A program made the position numbers and the translations under genes. This document shows, in pieces, positions 61,401 through 64,000 of a stretch of DNA of 64,000 nucleotides (position 1 is the stretch's first letter; each line of letters starts with the position of its first letter). The notes beneath the pieces were generated by a model. It had not been told where the DNA came from, searched no databases, and saw nothing but the letters and a program-made list of their open reading frames with translations. Origin of the DNA: Phaeosaccion multiseriatum. Lineage: Eukaryota; Protista; Ochrophyta, other classes. The stretch lies in contig OZ218962.1 in the NCBI GenBank assembly GCA_965112735.1, positions 1,922,001-1,986,000 of the forward strand, written 5' to 3'.

Positions 61401-64000
61401 ACTTGCGGAGAAGAAGACACACCACAAGGGGAACATCGGCGGTGGGGGGGGGGGGGGGGTGGAGGCCCGACAGGAAGGAGGAGGAGGAGGAGGGGGAGGA
61501 GGAGGAGGAGGAGGAGGAGGAGGAGGAGGAGGAGGAGGAGCTGGGTCCCGGCCTCAAACCGCAGAGGTCACTGATTGGACGGCTGGAATTGGAGGGGGAG
61601 GAGCAGGAGGATCAGGACGAGGAGGAGTAGCAGCAGCATCAGCCGCAGCAGCCGCAGGAGGAGGAGGAGGAGGAGGAGGAGGAGGAGGAGGAGCAGGAGC
61701 AACGCCTGTGCCTTTATCTCTACACGGAGAGCCGCTCTCTTGCTTGCCCGAGGCGAGTGCCATGGGTGCGCTTCCCAAGAGAATGCAAGTCTTGCCGGAC
61801 TTTGTTCGCAGCGAGGGCTTGGGCGCAACGGGTGATTGCTACCGGCCGCTGCCGGGTATGACATACCTCGCTGCTGGCCGCCCTCGGGTGGCAAGGTTAG
61901 GGGTGGGAGGAGGAGGAGGAGGAGGGGGGGGTGGAGGTGGTGGTGGCGGGCAGCAGTTGGTGATACGGCAGTCGATGCAGGATCGCCTCTATCGCCCCTT
62001 CGCGCTGCTCAACATGGCCTCACCTGAGGACAGCGAAATGAGGGGAATCTTCACGCCTCTTTTCCAGCACGCCTTCAGCGCCGATGGGGCCGCCTACGAG
62101 GTGAGAGGGGTATATATATATATATAATATGTATATATTACTTCGAAGTATATATTATATATACAGGGGGGGGTAATCAGAGAGGGTCACATATGCCTCC
62201 TTTACCCCATTCACATTGTTTCGCATTCCGCACTGTCTTCATCTACACCTTGCCGTCAGCAGATTGGGTTTTCTTCCCAAATCTACTGTCCTTGATCCCT
62301 TTTGTGACTCTTCTACTTCCCTTCCCCTCCCCCCTTTAGGTGCTACGTGGCAAGCATCTTGATGCCGTAGTCTTCTCTCACGAGGTTGTGCAGGCCTCAC
62401 GCTCTCTCGCACACCTCACAGTGGACCTCCTACGCAGATGCGTCGGACATGCAAAGCACGCCTTCTCACGCTACGCGGACCACCCTCACCCTCATCCTCG
62501 CGCTGCGGCTACAAGCAGTCGTCGTCTTCCTTCTCTCTTTGCTGTCGAGAATGGCAATTTCTGCTTCGGCTCTTCACAAATGGCGGCATCGCTGCTGCAG
62601 TTCAACATGCCAACCCTTATGCGCTTCCTGCAGGTGAGCGCATGGCGTATGCCTCCAACCTGTCTCCTCGTATGCCTCCAATCTGTCTCCTCGTGTTCCT
62701 CTAATCTGTCTCCTCGTGTGCCTCCAATCTCTCTCCTCGTATGCCTCCAATCTGTCTCCTCGTGTGCCTCTAATCTGTCTCCTCGTGTGCCTCCAATCTC
62801 TCTCCTCGTATGCCTCTAATCTCTCCTTTCCTGCCCATATGCCTGTCTGAAGGTGTTCACTGTTCTGCAGCCGGAGTTCGTGCCGACCCCTCTGTCACTC
62901 GCCAGACTTTGGTGCCATGAGGTGCGCTGGTTGGTGTATAGCGTGCTCACTCACTCACTCACTCACTCACTCACTCACTCAATCCCTCACTCACTCACTC
63001 ACTCACTCACTCACTCACTCACTCACTCACTCACTCACTCACTCACTCACTCACTCACTCACTCACTCACTCACTCACTCACTTACTCACTCACTCACTC
63101 ACTCACTCACTCACTCACTCACTCACTCACTCACTCACTCACTCACTCACGCACTCACTCGCTCACTCACTCACTCACTCACTCACTCACTCACTCACGC
63201 ACTCACTCACGCACTCACGCACGCACTCACTCACGCACTCACTCACTCACTCACTCACTCACTCACTCACTCACTCACTCACTCACTCACTCACTCACTC
63301 GCTCACTCACTCACTCACTCACTCACTCACTCACTCACTCACGCACTCACGCACTCACGCACTCACTCACTCACTCGCTCACTCACTCACTCACTCACTC
63401 ACTCACTCACTCACTCACTCACTCACTCACTCACTCACTCACTCACTCACTCACTCACTCACTCACTCACTCACTCACTCACTCACGCACTCACGCACTC
63501 ACTCACTCACTCACTCACTCACTCACTCACTCACTCACTCACTCACTCACTCACTCACTCACTCACTCACGCACTCACTCACTCACTCACTCACTCACTC
63601 ACTCACTCACTCGCTCACACTTCACTCACTCACTCACTCACTCACTCACTCACTCACTCACTCACTCACTCACTCACTCACTCACTCACTCACTCACTCA
63701 CTCACTCGCTCACTCACTGCCTTGACACCCACTCGCTAACCCACCCTCTCTCTCCCTTCCTTCCTCCCTCCCCCTCTCCCTCCCTCCTCCCCCACCCCCC
63801 CCTTCCCTCCCCTCCCTCCGTATCACCAAAAGGTCATGAAAGAGTTCGTGGATCCTCTCGGCCAAGTGTCGCGTGTGTACCAGAGCGCCGCCATGGCCGA
63901 TCTCATCGACACCATCGCAAAGAACAGCACCGCCCTACACCTCGGCGTCCATGAGGAAAAAAAGCTGATCCAATCTCTGCGATCGAGTAGCCGCACCGCA
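23059..64000 (+). CDS. Very large, highly divergent axonemal (single-headed, DNAH6/DNHD1-like) dynein heavy chain; 3'-partial, ~54 exons in window
   Basis: Manual exons: 23059-23727, 24020-24563, 24829-25747, 26156-26322, 26655-26721, 26891-27146, 27398-27874, 28173-29798, 30576-30844, 31783-32762, 33691-34034, 34304-34510, 35453-35560, 35891-37045, 37340-37600, 37891-38109, 38454-39080, 39481-39659, 39935-40190, 40769-40849, 41217-41348, 41711-42023, 42256-42442, 42981-43217, 43413-43508, 43723-43810, 44325-44743, 45063-45546, 45803-46108, 46370-46495, 47130-47306, 47896-48110, 48427-48499, 48818-49075, 49257-49310, 49613-49889, 51767-51873, 52158-52363, 52693-52790, 53682-53806, 54289-54570, 54862-55050, 55287-55412, 56186-56533, 57212-57521 (apparent 1-nt shift in poly-G), 58094-58157, 58826-58932, 59161-59334, 59571-59711, 60364-60444, 60553-62100, 62340-62633, 62853-62921, 63833->64000. 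Dynein landmarks appear in the correct order: NPYDLVIV and [21 protein letters not shown] (DNAH6-type N-terminus); [15 protein letters not shown] and [16 protein letters not shown] (DHC_N2 linker); [12 protein letters not shown]; [11 protein letters not shown]; [18 protein letters not shown] (AAA1); [12 protein letters not shown]; GPSGSGKT (AAA2); W.DGLL; LLVLDG; LVVPTVRT; GEEGVGKT (AAA3); VVFVDDL; LARLWCHE. Confidence 0.88.
25957..26080. repeat. 26-bp intronic minisatellite (CTGCTGCCCCTCTTCCTCTCCTCCAC) x~4-5
   Basis: Direct inspection. Confidence 0.85.
30237..30560. repeat. (CCT)n intronic microsatellite
   Basis: Near-pure triplet run ending just before the acceptor at 30575. Confidence 0.95.
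30853..31352. repeat. (CCT)n intronic microsatellite (~500 bp)
   Basis: Near-pure triplet run. Confidence 0.95.
34748..35443. repeat. (CCCT)n intronic microsatellite (~700 bp)
   Basis: Tetranucleotide run abutting the acceptor at 35452. Similar runs at ~31448-31715, 39275-39400, 46630-47101 and 49388-49590. Confidence 0.95.
40221..40565. repeat. ~22-25 bp intronic minisatellite (AATAGAGGCATGTAGGCATGAA variants)
   Basis: Tandem degenerate copies with no unique spacers. Confidence 0.9.
44025..44312. repeat. Degenerate GCCCATAT/GCCCGTAT/GCCT minisatellite in an intron
   Basis: Direct inspection. Confidence 0.85.
47500..47877. repeat. (CCCCT)n intronic microsatellite
   Basis: Pentanucleotide run before the acceptor at 47895. 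Confidence 0.95.
49955..51480. repeat. (GACT)n intronic microsatellite, ~1.5 kb
   Basis: Long near-pure tetranucleotide array in the largest dynein intron (49890-51766), followed by (CACT)n at 51516-51670. Confidence 0.97.
57759..58090. repeat. (CCT)n intronic microsatellite
   Basis: Triplet run up to the acceptor at 58093. Similar runs at 38131-38373 and 53486-53666; (GGA)n at 59787-60093. Confidence 0.95.
62647..62825. repeat. 23-bp intronic minisatellite (TGCCTCCAATCTGTCTCCTCGTG) x~7-8
   Basis: Fills nearly the whole 62634-62852 intron. Confidence 0.88.
62947..63717. repeat. (CACT)n intronic microsatellite
   Basis: Long tetranucleotide run. Similar runs at 12452-12586, 35605-35838 and 55690-56120. 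Confidence 0.95.

Noticed and set aside
23059-64000. Several separate genes, or a decayed dynein pseudogene
   Set aside because: Exons join in phase and dynein landmarks appear in canonical order. Only one homopolymer-associated shift was found.

Overview
Eukaryotic nuclear DNA that is GC-rich, dense in spliceosomal introns and very rich in microsatellites. It looks like a protist or alga, and the axonemal-type dynein gene suggests a flagellated lineage; the taxon cannot be fixed from this window. I reconstructed five spliced genes by hand with consistent splice phases: (1) a 2-oxoglutarate/Fe(II) dioxygenase (-, 2633-6139, 9 exons); (2) a ~2000-aa ankyrin-repeat/BTB protein (+, 6802-15398, 8 exons); (3) a transmembrane RING-H2 E3 ligase (-, 16672-20027, 4 exons); (4) complex I subunit NDUFB7 (-, 21309-22249, 3 exons); (5) a very large, divergent DNAH6-like dynein heavy chain (+, 23059 to beyond the window end, ~54 exons, ~5,700 aa by the end of AAA3). 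Most long ORFs in the supplied track are microsatellite artefacts. Three results stand out. First, the dynein AAA1 catalytic site appears destroyed (Walker A Lys, Walker B DE, sensor I and the AAA2 arginine finger are all lost) while the AAA2 and AAA3 P-loops are intact, which suggests a pseudo-motor. Second, an 11-16 bp motif (GTATCACCAAC[TGCTG]) is scattered on both strands in exons (in several frames), introns, UTR/intergenic DNA and splice sites. Third, a second motif (GGATGGCAGT) and the microsatellites are polarised within introns, so intron 5' and 3' ends tend to be complementary. All gene models are manual and need RNA-seq confirmation.
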